Made by a program: the position numbers and the translations under genes. A model generated the notes under the pieces. That model ran no database searches. It was not told the DNA's origin and saw only the letters and a list, made by a program, of their open reading frames with translations. This document shows, piece by piece, positions 13,581 to 27,045 of a stretch of 64,000 bases of DNA. How positions within the stretch are numbered: position 1 is the first letter of the stretch; each line of letters begins with the position of its first letter. The stretch is from Octopus sinensis (Eukaryota): assembly GCF_006345805.1 (NCBI RefSeq), contig NC_042999.1:78058001-78122000 (forward strand), in the 5' to 3' direction.

Positions 13581-13800
13581 CCCTTTAGCATTCAGATTAT
13601 TCTGTAAAATGTAAAGCTTATGTATTCACACCATGTAAAATTAATCTTGCATCATTTCATGGCTTTGAGATTTCAATGATGTGATTGTTTATTTTTAAAA
13701 TGACACAATAAGGTAGCTATGAATGACCATATCTGACTAGTTTGAACATAAAATAGGTAGAATATTTTGGCCGGATATGGCCGGTTTAAACACTAAAGGG
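13581..13800 (+). mobile_element. piggyBac-type MITE, copy 2
   Basis: ttaa|ccctttagcattcag...cactaaaggg|ttaa. Confidence 0.9.
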
Positions 13801-15447
13801 TTAAAGTTCAGTTCACATTGCCACCAAAAGTTACCTGATTTCTAAAGAATATCATTAGCAATAGAAAGGCATCTTATATAAAGGGAGATTTATTATTCAA
13901 TTAATTAAGACAATAAAACTAGAACAATGTACTAGTCCTCAAGGTTCTTGAGACAGTTAAAGATAGGCAATTTTTTTTTAAATACAAATAAAGATGAGAG
14001 GGAGTATGCTTGATCAGATCATTCTATATTAGTGATGGTGTTGTTCAGACTGAACCACTGCATGTTGATAGCTATTAGGAAAATATGGACAGACTGTTAA
14101 TTTCAAGGGATTGTGAAAGTACAAGATTTCAAGAGAAGGTCAAAATGGAGCCTGAAGATGATCTTAGAATATATTATTGGAGAAAATTAAAACAAAAATA
14201 TGTTCAGCAGATGTGATGAAATCTGTCATGTTACAATGCATATAATCTTATTTCTAACACAGGCATAAGACACAAGGCCTAAAATTTAGGAGAGGAGTAT
14301 AGTTGATTATATCAACTCCCACATTAGACTTACTTTATTTTATCAAGCTCTGAAAAGATGAAAGGCGAAGTTGACATGAACAGGATTATAACGTGGAATG
14401 TAAAACATTGAAACAAATAATGCAAGGCATTTTTCTGATGCTTTCAGGATTCTGCCACATATAGAAAAAAAGTAAGTTTTAAACATCAGCCTTAACTCAG
14501 AACAGCTTACAATGCTAAAACATTGAGGGTATTCACCATAAAAAAAAAAATTCTTTTCATATTTTTGAACATTTACCAAGTTTTTGAGTAATCTAAGCAT
14601 CAAACACATTAACAAGGAAGTTATTTCTTTCTTATCTAACAAGGCAAATACAAATAAAGAATAACAATTCCAGTTGGACAATTCTCCATAACTTCCTTCA
14701 TATAACTGAATATATTATAAGAGTGTTGCCTGTGTTTATACTCCATAACAATTATTCCTATTATGTCACTGTTAAATGCCATCACTAAGAGGTATGCTAT
14801 CAAAGGGAAGTGGGGTTTCCTTAACGCAAGTTCAGAGCAACCTGAGAGCAGCCAAAATATATTTTTTCACACTTCACTTGAAAATAGCTGAAATAACATC
14901 TTTTATTTTATGAGAATAGTTATATTTAGCAGTCAGTGTGAAGTCTACAAACACAGTTGTTATGTGAAAAAATGCAAGAAATATATTTAAAACATTTGCT
15001 ACCAAGATAAGAGGTATGGAAGTGGGGTGGATTAGTAAGTACCAGTTATATATTAAGGTATTCAATTAACTATAACAATACAAAAATTATCCTTGAGCAT
15101 TATTAAAATACTAGCTGACCATGTGCAGTCAATAATGACAGCTAATTGTAGTATTTTATATATAGATAGGGTACAAAATGAAGTACATAATAATCACATA
15201 TACAAACATTCACATACTTCCCTTGTCCACATGCACAGATACACACATATAGACACACACAGAGTTGAAACGCTGATTTTTTTTTTTTTTTACTCCTTCC
15301 TTCCTAATTCATCTATCACCCCTTCTTTTCTTTCACTGCTATTACTTTCTCTCACACCCTCTCAGTCAGAGCTATTACTCTCACTACTTCTCCTTCACTT
15401 AATTACTATTTTCACTCCTCCTTCACATCCAACATGATTCTGGACAA

Positions 15448-15482
<35 letters not shown>

Positions 15483-15702
15483 AACATACAAATATCTAAA
15501 AACACTATGCTCATTATTATATTAGATTTCAAGTGTTACAGAGAACGATGTAAACTGGTTGAAGTCACTCCACATATGTGCAAATGCATGTATGTAAAAG
15601 CATCCTATTCCTATTACCCTTGTAAAAAGAAAGAAAAAAGAAAACACAAAAATTTAAAAAATATTTTAAACTTTGTGATGGTCAAAAACGAAACACTTTT
15701 AA

Positions 15703-15917
15703 CCCTTCAGCATTTAAACAGGCCACATCTGGGCCAAATATTCTATCAGTTTTATGTTCAAACTAGATTTGGCCTCTCATACCTACCCTACAATGTCATT
15801 CTAGAAATAAAAAATCACATCATATCGACATTTAGAAGCTATGAGATAATGCATGATTAATTCAAAACAATGTAAAGTAAGCATCACATTTGACAGAATA
15901 ATCCAAATGTTGAAGAG
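15703..15917 (-). mobile_element. piggyBac-type MITE, copy 3 (inverted, more diverged)
   Basis: ttaa|cccttcagcatttaaac...gttgaagag|ttaa. Reverse complement of copies 1 and 2. Confidence 0.85.
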
Positions 15918-15966
15918 TTAAAAGGTCTATAATTTTGGACAGTGATAGAGGACTGTAGAAACTAGT

Positions 15967-16047
15967 GTCAGAGAGAGAGAGAGCACGAGAGAGAAGGAAA
16001 GAGAGAGAGAGCACGAGAGAGAAAGAAAGAGAGAGAGAGCACGAGAG
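15967..16047. repeat. GA-rich tandem, unit approximately gagagagagcacgagagagaaagaaa x3
   Basis: Direct reading of the sequence. Confidence 0.9.
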
Positions 16048-16191
16048 AGAAAGAAAGAGAGAGAGAAAGATAATATGCAATAGCTTTTCACATTTTTAGT
16101 ATTGTTGCAGTTTAGTTGTAAGTTAGCCTTGAATGTTCAGGCTTGCCAAAGGCTTTTCTGCCAACACCTTCTCATCTTTCCACTTCTTCAT

Positions 16192-16460
16192 ACAGGTACA
16201 TGGCTGTGGTTAAGAAATTCACTTTGTAACCATGTAGTTTTGGTTCAATCCTCTCGTGCAGCACCAAATTTACTTATAAGATACAGGTTGTCCTGGGTCC
16301 GACCAGTGCACTGTAAGTAGATTTGGTGGATGGAAACAGCAAGAAACCTGCCACACACACACATGTGTGCATGTGCTTGTGCACACACACACATCAATGT
16401 TGGCATTCTATGCCTGTTACTGCTTGAGTGAAACAATGATAATATTGACATTCTGACTGG
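16192..16460 (+). mobile_element. Degenerate tRNA-headed SINE
   Basis: Head ggtacatggctgtggttaag...ggttcaatcc followed by the common body gtagatttggtggatggaaac. Confidence 0.65.
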
Positions 16461-18949
16461 TTGCCTAAATTTGAGTAAAATAAGGGACTTATTTACAATA
16501 ACTGCTCATCAAACCTATACATGAGAAAAATGGACATCAACCAAATGAGTGAATGAACACCATCAATGCCTCCAAGTGAGCATCATCATCAGCATTTTAC
16601 ACCTGTTTTCCATGCTGGTAATTATGATTCAGTGCTTAGTATTTTAACCATATTACTATAAAGTCAAGAGCTTAATTACAAAATGAACATCATCCAAGGC
16701 ATTGTATCAAAGATTTATATTTTGTTTTTACAATTTTACACATAAAGAAACAGATGCTTTCTACATTCTGTAAGGATTGGTACTTAGCACTGCTTTCATG
16801 CTTTTAAACAAGTAATGATAATCTTCCTCTAAATAGAAGAATGTGAATCCATAACAGGTAATATATATTTACAGGTAATCAGGCACTTATTCTCAACACC
16901 TAAGTTAACTGATGCATATAAAATTAAAAGTACTACATAAATAATACACAGTGAAATGTAGGTCTTGAATTCAAAACCATTGCATGATTTAACAGTCTGA
17001 TAATATACCCACTTAAATTTATTTCTATAAAGCTTTCAGGTTACATTAGAGCATGTGTGTCCCTCCCACCCCAATTATATTGATAGACAAATTTAGAAAA
17101 AGTAACTAAACCTAAATAACAGGTTACACCATTTTTGTCATCAACTATCATTCCATCCAACTTGTGCAAGCTGGTCACTATTAAGATAAAGAGATCAAAG
17201 CACTCAATCAGTTTTCGGTTTGCATTTTTAAATAGAATTCTCTTTGCAATAACAGATATAAAGCTTTGTCTAATCTCATTTATCTGTGTGTGGATTGCAA
17301 GCTAGATCCACTGGTCAAAGTTATGGACACCAATGACAATTGGTTTAAAAAAAATAAATAATGGTTCATAAAACAAAGCTGATATAGAAACTATCCAAAT
17401 ATAATAAGTACAAAGAATACTTGATAAATTACATAACTTATTGCAAAGAATAAAATGATTTGTTGTTTCAGAAATAAGGATAAGATAACTTAGCTTTTCA
17501 GGGCAAAGCTTCAGTAAAAGATAAATAGATGTGAACTAAATTTATTAATGAAATATTCCAATCCCAGCTATAAAAAAAAACCCAAGTGTTAGGTTTTAAT
17601 GAACTAAAGATAGACAAAAATAAAACAATATAGAATAAGTTTCTTAGAAAAATGTTTTACAATATCATGATTAAAATTTGTATTATGTTTATGAAAAGAA
17701 TTGTCATAAAAAACGCCTGTAACCATATGAATGAATTTCTGATAATTTAACCAAGGAGATAAATATCAAAATAACTTTTTAATGGCAACAGAGGTTAATG
17801 ACTGTTCCTGACTACTTAAGTGTCATGAGCTAAGGGGAAAAAATTCCAAATGAATTCAAAACACTTTAAAAAAATGAAGAGAGAAAGAAAGAAAATCAAA
17901 ACCACAAATCTGTATCAGTACTTCAGTTATGATAATGATATCAAACAAAGCAAGCTCCACAATGCAGACTGGTTCATCTCACACACACAGATTGATTCAT
18001 TCATTTTGCATTCATTTTTTTCATGCTAGCATGGGTTAAATATGGTTTTGAGGCATTGCTTTGCAACCAGATGTCATTCCTGGTGCTAATCCTTTCTTGT
18101 TCTTCAAGAAAGGGATCTCTTATTCCACATGGCCTCAAAAGATGAAGCAAGCAGGTCTATTCATAAGAGAAATGCCAACAAACACCACACAAACGTCATG
18201 ACTTGCTGTCCAATTAATAGGATTAGCAGTGCTAGCGCACCTCCACAGATGTGTATCCTTACAAAGGCAGAGTTAGTGTAACAGAAACAGGCTTCCACAC
18301 AGTCTGCATCCATCCAATTTCACTTATAAACTCCAGGTTGAACCAAGGCTAAACTAAAGGGCACCTGCCTGAGATGCCACAAAAGAACTGAACTCATGAC
18401 AAGGAAGTAGCCTTCTCCACCACTCAATCATCTAATACCTACTTAATGTGACACCTATACAATATATAAACATGTGTGTATGTGTGTGTTTAAGATGTAT
18501 GCCTTGCAACCAGTCTCACTGCTCAGTATTTTCGGTGTGTTGTCTTGTGAGTGAATTTGATACACAGGAACTGTAGAGCACCAGTCTCTCTCCCTCTCAC
18601 ACACAAATCATTGTTTTACATCCTCTTTTCCAAGCTGGCATAGACTTGATGGCATTGCCACAATCACTCAACAGATATTTCAGTGCAGTTCACTGAAATA
18701 GGTTAGATGACATCTTGCTTGTGAGTATCACTTTTGGCTGAAAGCCTTTCCTAACACCAACCATTTCAGAGTGTACGTTTTTTTCCTTCTTCCCTCCAGA
18801 AACACTAGCATAAAGGGAAGTGTCATGCTCACAACACAATGAAATGGTCCTCTTAAGCCCACATCACTGTATACTTGCCAACCTCTGTATAGAGTGAGAG
18901 GCATGAAAGATAAACAGTGTATAGATAAGTCATAAGAAGAATGAATGAT

Positions 18950-19390
18950 AAGGATACTTAGTATTCTGTGGCATTCATACAGTGGAGATAATATGATCAA
19001 GAAGAAAATATATAGCAGAAGGAAATATAACCAAGGGGACAGAGTGTCAACAAAAGAAGAGCTGGAGTGTATGGTTGAAATAGAGAAAGAGTATAATAGA
19101 AGGTAGAGTGGAAGCAGTGATAACAGTCAGTACAGGAAGTGGGGAAAGTGTTTTGGGCACAATTGGTCCAATTTTGTGTAATCTCTTATAAGACCCTGTG
19201 ATGGACACAAGAGGTCAAAAGATGGTGGCACTGGGTAATAAGTAGCTGGGTCCCATACAAGTACATGGGTATGGATGACAGGAGTATGTGTGATAAAGAA
19301 ATGGGCAGGCATCAGTAGTAGAGTGATTAAGATCTGAGTGATGGAGAAAAAGGTACCATGAAGGGGAGGGGAGAGTATGTGTATATGAAT
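18950..19390 (-). mobile_element. Decayed Penelope-like RT fragment
   Basis: Minus translation TCMGPSY near 19245-19265 matches the PLE RT motif G(T)xMGPSYA. Multiple stops. Confidence 0.55.
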
Positions 19391-19717
19391 GAATGCTGGC
19401 ATTTTTTCCTCTTAAAAAACAGCATCCAATTGTAAAATCCTGCTTCAAATAAAACCCCATATAACCCATGCAAGCATGAAAAAAATAGATGAATAAACAA
19501 ATGAAAATATGCATTTAATATAACATAGTAGCTAAGGGACATGTCAATGCCTATATACTGAATATGTAGAAAGTATTTTTGTTTCCATTTTTTTGTCTGT
19601 ATTTTTTAATTGAATGAGTTTTATGCAATTCTTTTTGAATACAATTATATTTGCACATAGACTTTACTGTAATGCAGATATATAACTAAAGTTGAATTTT
19701 CCAGTTTCACTCGACAG

Positions 19718-19830
19718 AGGCAAAAGAGAACCAGTAATTAGTAAACTTGTCCTGGAACATTAAAAGTTGGCATCCATCCTTCTTGCATAAAGCTTATAGT
19801 ACCAAATGAGGTTATTTGAAAGCATAAACA
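19718..19830 (-). mobile_element. Helitron Rep-helicase coding remnant
   Basis: Minus translation CFQITSFGTISFMQEGWMPTFNVPGQVY*(frameshift)TGSLLP resembles the Helitron motif FQMTSFG...GFMPTFKIQGQVYH..GSLLP. Confidence 0.65.
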
Positions 19831-20417
19831 TTAAGAGTGTTAATGATATCTGAATATTTTATAAATAAAATTAAAAGTAAAAGAATTGAAGACTGCATTA
19901 TTCTCTGTTTTCCATCATATTTGAACTGCATACTAACTTTTCAAAGACAAAGTTTTTAAATGAGAAATTATAACGACAGTGTTCTAATATATGCTCTCTA
20001 TAACACTGCCAAGTGAGTGAGTGAGTGAGTGAGATAGTGTGTGCATGTATGTGTGTGTGTGTGTGTGAAAGAGAAAGTTTCCATCACCCACATTTCACTT
20101 TTAACTATTCACTTTGTTCACTGGGGCTGCAGGTTCAAGTCTAACCAAATGCACTTTTCTCTAATATGAAAGTAAGGAATGTAGTAGAGTTACATCTTTA
20201 ACAACTTAATTCCACTGTAGCAGAATAATATTACAGAAAGATCATGTTTTTCATTTCTTTTTAGTGTTAAGTTTACTTCTTGATGTGAAAATAAAAATAA
20301 CAAAATTACTCCAGGTAGTAGTAACAAATGTATAAAAATACAGTTTTCAAAGATTCCCCACGATAGACTGTAACTTCAACACTACATGTGTGCACTTTAC
20401 ACTGTCTTGAAAAATCA

Positions 20418-21890
20418 AACATATAAGAAAAAGTGCTATTTCAAGAAATCAAGTAATTCATGGTTTGCTATAAACTAACAAGCTTATAATTTTAAAATAA
20501 CCATGAAATTTCCACAAGTACTGCTAGCATAATACATAGGTATGTATATATTTATCATTTCTATGGACTGGACAGTTTAACTAGATCCAACAGTTCAGAG
20601 AAAGGTATTGTGCTCGAATGTTTGCTTTGATATGGTTTCTACAGCTGGTGGCCTTTCTCCCACTAACATATATTGTGAAATCCCAGTCAATCTTCACAAT
20701 AAATCTGACTACACTCACAATTAAATCATACAATCAGTAAATGATATGTTTTTATTCTTAATCTTGTTTTCAAATAATAATCTCATTTTAATAATATATA
20801 CATGAAAGAGAAAGAAAGCAATCCGTGAAAAAACTATTTTAGTGATTTCTGAATGCATAAAACTTGTATTCACTTTTAATTCATTTCATGGTGTTAAAAT
20901 TTTCATTGCACTTCTGTAACCCAGTCGCTGACACATTTTTACTGCACATGAAGGGAAATTAGCTCAGGAAGCAGACCACAAAAGTGGAATAGAAATTTTA
21001 ACAGTTCAAGAAACACAGGAAAAGTGAATATATTCTTGTGAAATGGTTAAAATGAATCTCATCAACAATGTAATTGTTTCAGTTTAAACACATGACCCAA
21101 AAGTCAAGTCACTTACAAAACCTACAACTCTATAATTTCAACATACACAACACACTATTTGAAAGCTTTGTAGCTGTGGAGATAATAGATTATGTAAAAA
21201 CATCTTTTTGTTTCCTTAAATAAACAGAAAAATAACTGAGAATCTTCTCACAGATCTGTTTCAGAGATGAATGTTCACTTATCAGGAAGATCCACCCTTT
21301 ATTCTTTGGCTACCCTAAACAAGTAAAATACTAAGTAAAAACACCTCTCAGATGGGAAAACAAAGCGGACATTTCAACCATTTATAATATTTCAGGAGTT
21401 ATTATTTACTTCTAGCTTCATTTAAAAAAAAAAAAAACTTATATTCAAATTTCTCAATGCCTTGAATAAACCAAAATAAATTTATTCTGCTTTCTTTCTC
21501 TTTCATGTATATATTATTAAAATGAGATTATTATTTGAAAACAAGATTAAGAATAAAAACACATCATTTACTGATTGTATGATTTAATTGTGAGTGTAGT
21601 CAGATTTATTGTGAAGATTGACTGGGATTTCACAATATATGTTAGTGGGAGAAAGGCCACCAGCTGTAGAAACCATATCAAAGCAAACATTCGAGCACAA
21701 TACCTTTCTCTGAACTGTTGGATCTAGTTAAACTGTCCAGTCCATAGAAATGATAAATATATACATACCTATGTATTATGCTAGCAGTACTTGTGGAAAT
21801 TTCATGGTTATTTTAAAATTATAAGCTTGTTAGTTATATTATAACCATGAATTACTTGATTTCTTGAAATAGCACTTTTTCTTATATGTT
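20418..21890. repeat. Inverted segmental duplication: 403-bp arms (20418-20820, 21488-21890) with a 667-bp spacer
   Basis: Compared base by base. Identical except one substitution (20746/21562) and a 7-nt patch (20466-20472/21836-21842). Confidence 0.97.
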
Positions 21891-22229
21891 GGTCAGAATC
21901 TCCTTAATGTAGTGGTTTACCATGGTCATCTGGTCTAAGCTAGATATGTGGTTCAATTACTATGACTCTATCCATTTTGTTTCTTTTGCGGGGTGGTATA
22001 TTTACTCAATATTTTATAAGCTATAGTTTATTTATAGCTCTATTTGCATTTGAGTTTTTTTATAACAGATGTATATTCAGGCATCAGTCTGATGGAGTAG
22101 GTTGTAAAATTAATGGAAAGTGAATTAGCATAATTAATTAGGAAAAGATTTGTTGAGATGAGATACAATTTAGATTTTGCCAAGCCATAGCACTACTAAT
22201 GCTTTTTCCATAGTGAGACAACCACAAAA

Positions 22230-22570
22230 GAAAATATTAGCCAAGGATAAACCTATCTACTGAGCAATGCTGATATGGAGAATGCTTATCTGGTATTCTC
22301 TCAGAAGCAGTCTAGTGGTCTTTAAGAAAATTAGATGCAGATGAAAGGCTTTTGACAGCAGGCAAGCCATGTACAGGAATGCGGTCAGCATGATGAGAGG
22401 TGACAATGAGTTCAGTAAAGAATATAGGGTGCAGGTAAGTGTTTAACAAGGATCTGTTTAGCCCCATGCTATAACAGAGGATTTTAAGACGAGGTTACCC
22501 ATAGAAACTCCTACATGCTAATGACCTAGTTATCACAGCAGAGTCAGTGAAAGACTTCGAGCAGAAATTT
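22230..22570 (+). mobile_element. Decayed RTE LINE RT fragment
   Basis: Degenerate match to the RTE stretch SLRKLGVDEW...GVHQGS...ELLYADDL (here ctcctacatgctaatgacc). Homologous to 45375-46505. Confidence 0.75.
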
Positions 22571-23049
22571 GAATATTCTCCCTGTTACACAAATGGCATA
22601 GTACAAGAGGACAGGAGCTGATAGATAAAAGTAACATAGCATTGTAGAGAGAGACTAATGACATATTAGAAACTCCATACAACCTATATATTTAACACAC
22701 ACACACTCCTCAAAACAAATAGGCTATCAACATCATTTAACACCTACTCTCCATGCTAGCATGGGTTAGATGGTGCAACAGTATCTGACAAATTGGGTCA
22801 CTTTATGCTCCAATGTTTGTTTTGGCATGGTTTCTAAGGCTGGATAAGTTTGCAAAATGAGTGGGAAGTTTTTTTTCTTTGTTTGTTTGTTTGTTGGTTG
22901 GTTGGTTAAACTTCAATCAGTTACTTGTAACTAATGTTAGAAAGCCAATCTTATCCCCAGAGAAGCATTTGTTGAAAGCACAGAAATCAAAAGACTAAAT
23001 GTCACAACATCTATCAACTATTGTTGTGGTAAGCGTTTGTCCGATTCAA

Positions 23050-23088
<39 letters not shown>

Positions 23089-23479
23089 TGAGAGAGAGAG
23101 GGGGGGGAATGTGCATTACGTTATGTACAAATACTGACCCAAAGAGACTTTTGACACAATTTGTTTTCTTCATGTCTTATTCTAAGATTTTAGATATAAT
23201 GAACATTATCTTGAAACAGCTGAACTATTTTTCAACAAGACAGCTAAAGGTTATAGTGTAGCCAGCATGTGTTCAGAAGAACTGCTCACCTAGACAGATC
23301 TCCTCACACTCACATTTTTGGGTTGGTTTCTACAACTGGATGTGTTTCTCATGACACCAACACAAGAGAAGTAACCATGTCCTTGATAAGACTAAAAGAA
23401 CCACACAATTCCACATCCTGGCTCACTCACCAACTTTAATACAAAAAACATAAGTGATAGAGGTGTGAATAATAGTAAT

Positions 23480-24060
23480 GAGAAGGAGGTGTGATAAGGA
23501 GTGGAGTGGTAGAAGTACTTTAGTATCCTGAGATAACTATGAATAGTCATGGCAATACAACATAACTGAGATGGTAGGTGGAAGACAGAGGTCTATATGA
23601 CCTAGGAGATCAAGCAATGACAGTGGATGAGTGGGAGACAAGATTACTTGCAATTAGTGTAATATCACAGGGAGATGATAGGCTGTACAGGAGGGGTAGA
23701 TGAAGGCAGAGTGAACTGAGCATAGATAATCCAATGTAGTCACCTGTACCTAGGCAACGAGATGGGACTAAAGAGCAGTGAGAGTGATGGCAATAATGAT
23801 AGTGGAAGGAAAATCCCGAAGTGAACAGTACAAAGTGTTGGAGACAGACACATAATAGATGCGGTGACAACCTTAGTTACACAAGCAATGCATGGTGATG
23901 AACAGGAGAGATCCACCGTCATCCTCAGTTACACTAGAAGCATAAGTACAGAATGGATGAAGAAATATGGGTGACAGTGACGTGGTTCCTAGATAGATGA
24001 GTTATAGGAATGTGTAATGTGAGGAATGATAGAGGAGTGAGTTATAAGAGTGTTAGAAGT
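23480..24060 (-). mobile_element. Decayed Penelope-like fragment
   Basis: Minus translation SSPCDITLIASNLVSH resembles the PLE SGDLPxTASNLI segment. Confidence 0.4.
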
Positions 24061-24559
24061 GAGAAGCTATCCAAAGCATCAATGATTAGACTTCAAATGT
24101 GGCATATATGCATGCAAACATGTAAATACTACATCAGGTAATATATAGCATGTGCGTGCACACACAATTTTAGCACCTATTATGCCAAGCCTTGTCAGGT
24201 GAGTGGGTCTCTTCCCACACCTTGTACTACCAGTCAGTGTGATCTTTTGTCATTTCTGTGTGGTATAATCACTTCAGATCCTTCTTCCCTACTCTGTTCC
24301 AAGTTTTCATCAGTCTCTCACTTCCACAGATTGTTTACTTTGAGTACATGGTCCAATTTTATACAACTGTTCGCCATATACATTACACACCCACACCAAT
24401 GGAATCTCTCTTGCACACTACATCAGATTCCTCATATATTTAGTTTTTCTCTCAGTTCATTTGTGCTGACACTTCAGTACTGCATGTTCAACAAAGCATA
24501 CTTACCTTATTTCTTTCTAGCCTATGCAAATCCTCTGCATTCAAAATCCACATTCCACA

Positions 24560-25340
24560 ACTATGCGGCAACACAATCCATTTACAACCATCAAATTATC
24601 TGCCCTTTACTCCAAAGAAAAAGTCCTATGTTGCTAGCAGAGGCAATAGCTCCCTGAACATTTCCAACCAGTCCTTATTCTGATCTCTCACTATACTCTC
24701 AGAACACCTATTTGCACTAATTAGGTCTCCTAGAACCAAACTGCTAAAAACAGATACTAAAAGGTATTTCATCCAGTATTCATCAATATTAGCAGCAGGG
24801 TTGGGATGAACTGATTTGAAGGAGGAATCAAGTTTTAGTTTCAGTAAATCTTGCTGATGTTTCTGGATAATGAGTTTCAAAAGGTACAGATAATATTACC
24901 AATCATCAGTTTCTGTTGCTAATTCATATGAAATAGCATTATGAAGGGACTTTCATGTAACAGGATTTGGGCTTTTTTATCTATATTATCATAAACAACA
25001 AATATCTTTTTTGATAATACTTGGTCTCCAGGGTCACTCTCTGCTACTTCTAGCCTGTTTCTGATATCTTCCATGACATCTATTTTGCAAACTTTCTGAC
25101 ATACAAAATGAGAACTTATTGCCTTGAATCTTTCAAATCATATTCTACCTCTATACTATATGGAAAATGTTTCCAAGCATTGACTTGAGTAGTGGTCTTC
25201 AGTGTTTTACATGAAGACTGCCAAATTGAATAGTGCAGAAATGGGATCGTAGATTTTGATGTTACAGTGAATTCTTTGTTCTCTTCCCTAAAATTGCCCT
25301 CTCTTATCACTATGACAACTTTAAATATTTTCAATGGTAT
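24560..25340 (-). mobile_element. Possible decayed LINE (APE endonuclease-like) fragment
   Basis: ORF 24626-24880 contains LVLGDL followed by a segment reminiscent of APE domains. Weak. Confidence 0.25.
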
Positions 25341-25684
25341 AATCTCTTACAAATTACACTTATACTTGATCCATTGGCTGGATAGTAGAGGTAACATTGG
25401 ATAGCAACACACATTTGTGAGTGACTACTTGGATGACAAGGGGTGCTGCCTAATATGAGTAGCATCATCTCATCAGCAGAAAGTTTGGGGACATCTTCCT
25501 AGTATTTATGGACTCTTAGAAAAACCAGTTATTTAAAACATGAATGCTAAACAATGAATTCTTAGAATGAAGCTAATGTTCTGGTTAGCTGACACTTGCA
25601 GACATGCTGAACTCCCTCCACTCACCAATTTCAAAGATGTGCAAACTAAATTCTTTCTATATGCAATAAATTATCCATATCTGT

Positions 25685-26290
25685 TCAGAAATGTGAGTAC
25701 AATGCTATACTGATGAGACAAATGGCTTGTAAGAGTCACTGAAGCCATATGTAGAGATGCACTCATCAATGTAAAACTCAGCAAAGAGTTCAACAAATTT
25801 AGTATTCAAGTAGGTCTCCATCAGGGTTCAGTTATTATTCCCCTTTTGTTTATTATAATCTTCCAACCTATAACAGAGGTCTGTTAGGGGACTTCTCTAT
25901 GCTAATTACTTAGTTTTTGAAGCAGAATCTGTAGAATTTGGATAAAGAATTTCAGAGACAGAAATAAAACCAAGAATTGAAGGGCTCTAAATTAAGCTTA
26001 ACAAAAACAAAATTTTTAGTAAGTAGGAATGAAGAGAGTACCCTGCTACCATAAGGGGAATGGTCAAACGCAGTATGTTGAAAGAGTAGGTTAAGTTCCC
26101 AGATTGTGTGCTCAGTGTAAACACTAGACACAAGCATTGACAAGAGAGATTTTCTATGTGGCAGGTGCATAGGAGTTATGAGCAGCAAAAAGCATCTGAA
26201 AAATAGATTATCTCAAATGTCTGGGCAGCTCCCTAAAAGTGTTTGAGAGGTTTATGTTACTTAGGCAACTCACTCAGCAGTGGGGATGGT
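25685..26290 (+). mobile_element. Decayed RTE LINE RT fragment
   Basis: gtaggtctccatcagggttcag (VGLHQGS) and cttctctatgctaat (LLYA). Colinear with the RTE at 45375-46505. Confidence 0.8.
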
Positions 26291-26728
26291 GAATATATAA
26301 TGAGATATACATTTACATACATGTGCACATGCGTAGGTGAGTGTGTGCACTTTAGTCAGTGAGCATGCAGAGATAGATGTGCACATGTAGAAGAGTATGT
26401 GTGTACACACATGTATGTTGATATGTCCTTTTGTAGATGTGTGTATATGGTATCATGTACATTGGTTTTACAACAAACAGCTTTAAAATAAAATACAACC
26501 AATATCAAAACAAAACCTTATTCCAGCAGTTGCAGCCCCTGCAACTGATACACAGAGAAAATCATACAAATCCTTTTCACTATGATGCCTCTACTGAACA
26601 TGAGATCTGAGTTTACATACAAATACAAATATAACTACACTACTGTGTTTGATACTGGAAAATAACCTGCTTCATAAATTCCAAACCAGTGATTGACCTA
26701 AAATTCAACAATACAAAACAAAGAAAAG

Positions 26729-27045
26729 GCACTCCGTTGGTTATGATGACAAGTGTTCCAGTTGACCCAATCAACAGAACAGCCTGTTCATGAAATTAAT
26801 GTGCAAGAGACTGAGCACTCCATAGTCATGCATACCTTTAAAGTAGTTCTGAAAGAGATTCAGCATGACACAGAATGTGACAAAGCTGGCCCTTTGAATT
26901 ACAGGTACAACTCATTTTTGCCAGTTGAGTGGACTGGAGTAAGGTGAAATAAAGTGTCTTGCTCAAGGACACAACATGCAGCTCGGAATCAAATTCATGA
27001 CCTTACAATTACAAGCCAAATACCCTAACCACTAGACCATATGCT
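26729..27045 (-). mobile_element. tRNA-headed SINE (second family)
   Basis: Homologous to 46609-46979. tRNA-like head at the right end. Confidence 0.85.

Noticed and set aside
13835-13841. 7-nt segment between good splice sites (ctttag|AAATCAG|gtaact), plus similar 13-31-nt cases near 8.2, 12.9, 21.1, 26.7, 48.4 and 53.3 kb
   Set aside because: Mostly not frame-preserving, expected by chance in AT-rich DNA, and without independent support.
17035-17310. Minus-strand open frame of about 87 codons with no ATG start (INEIRQSFISVIAKRILFKN...)
   Set aside because: Weak splice sites and no recognisable motif.
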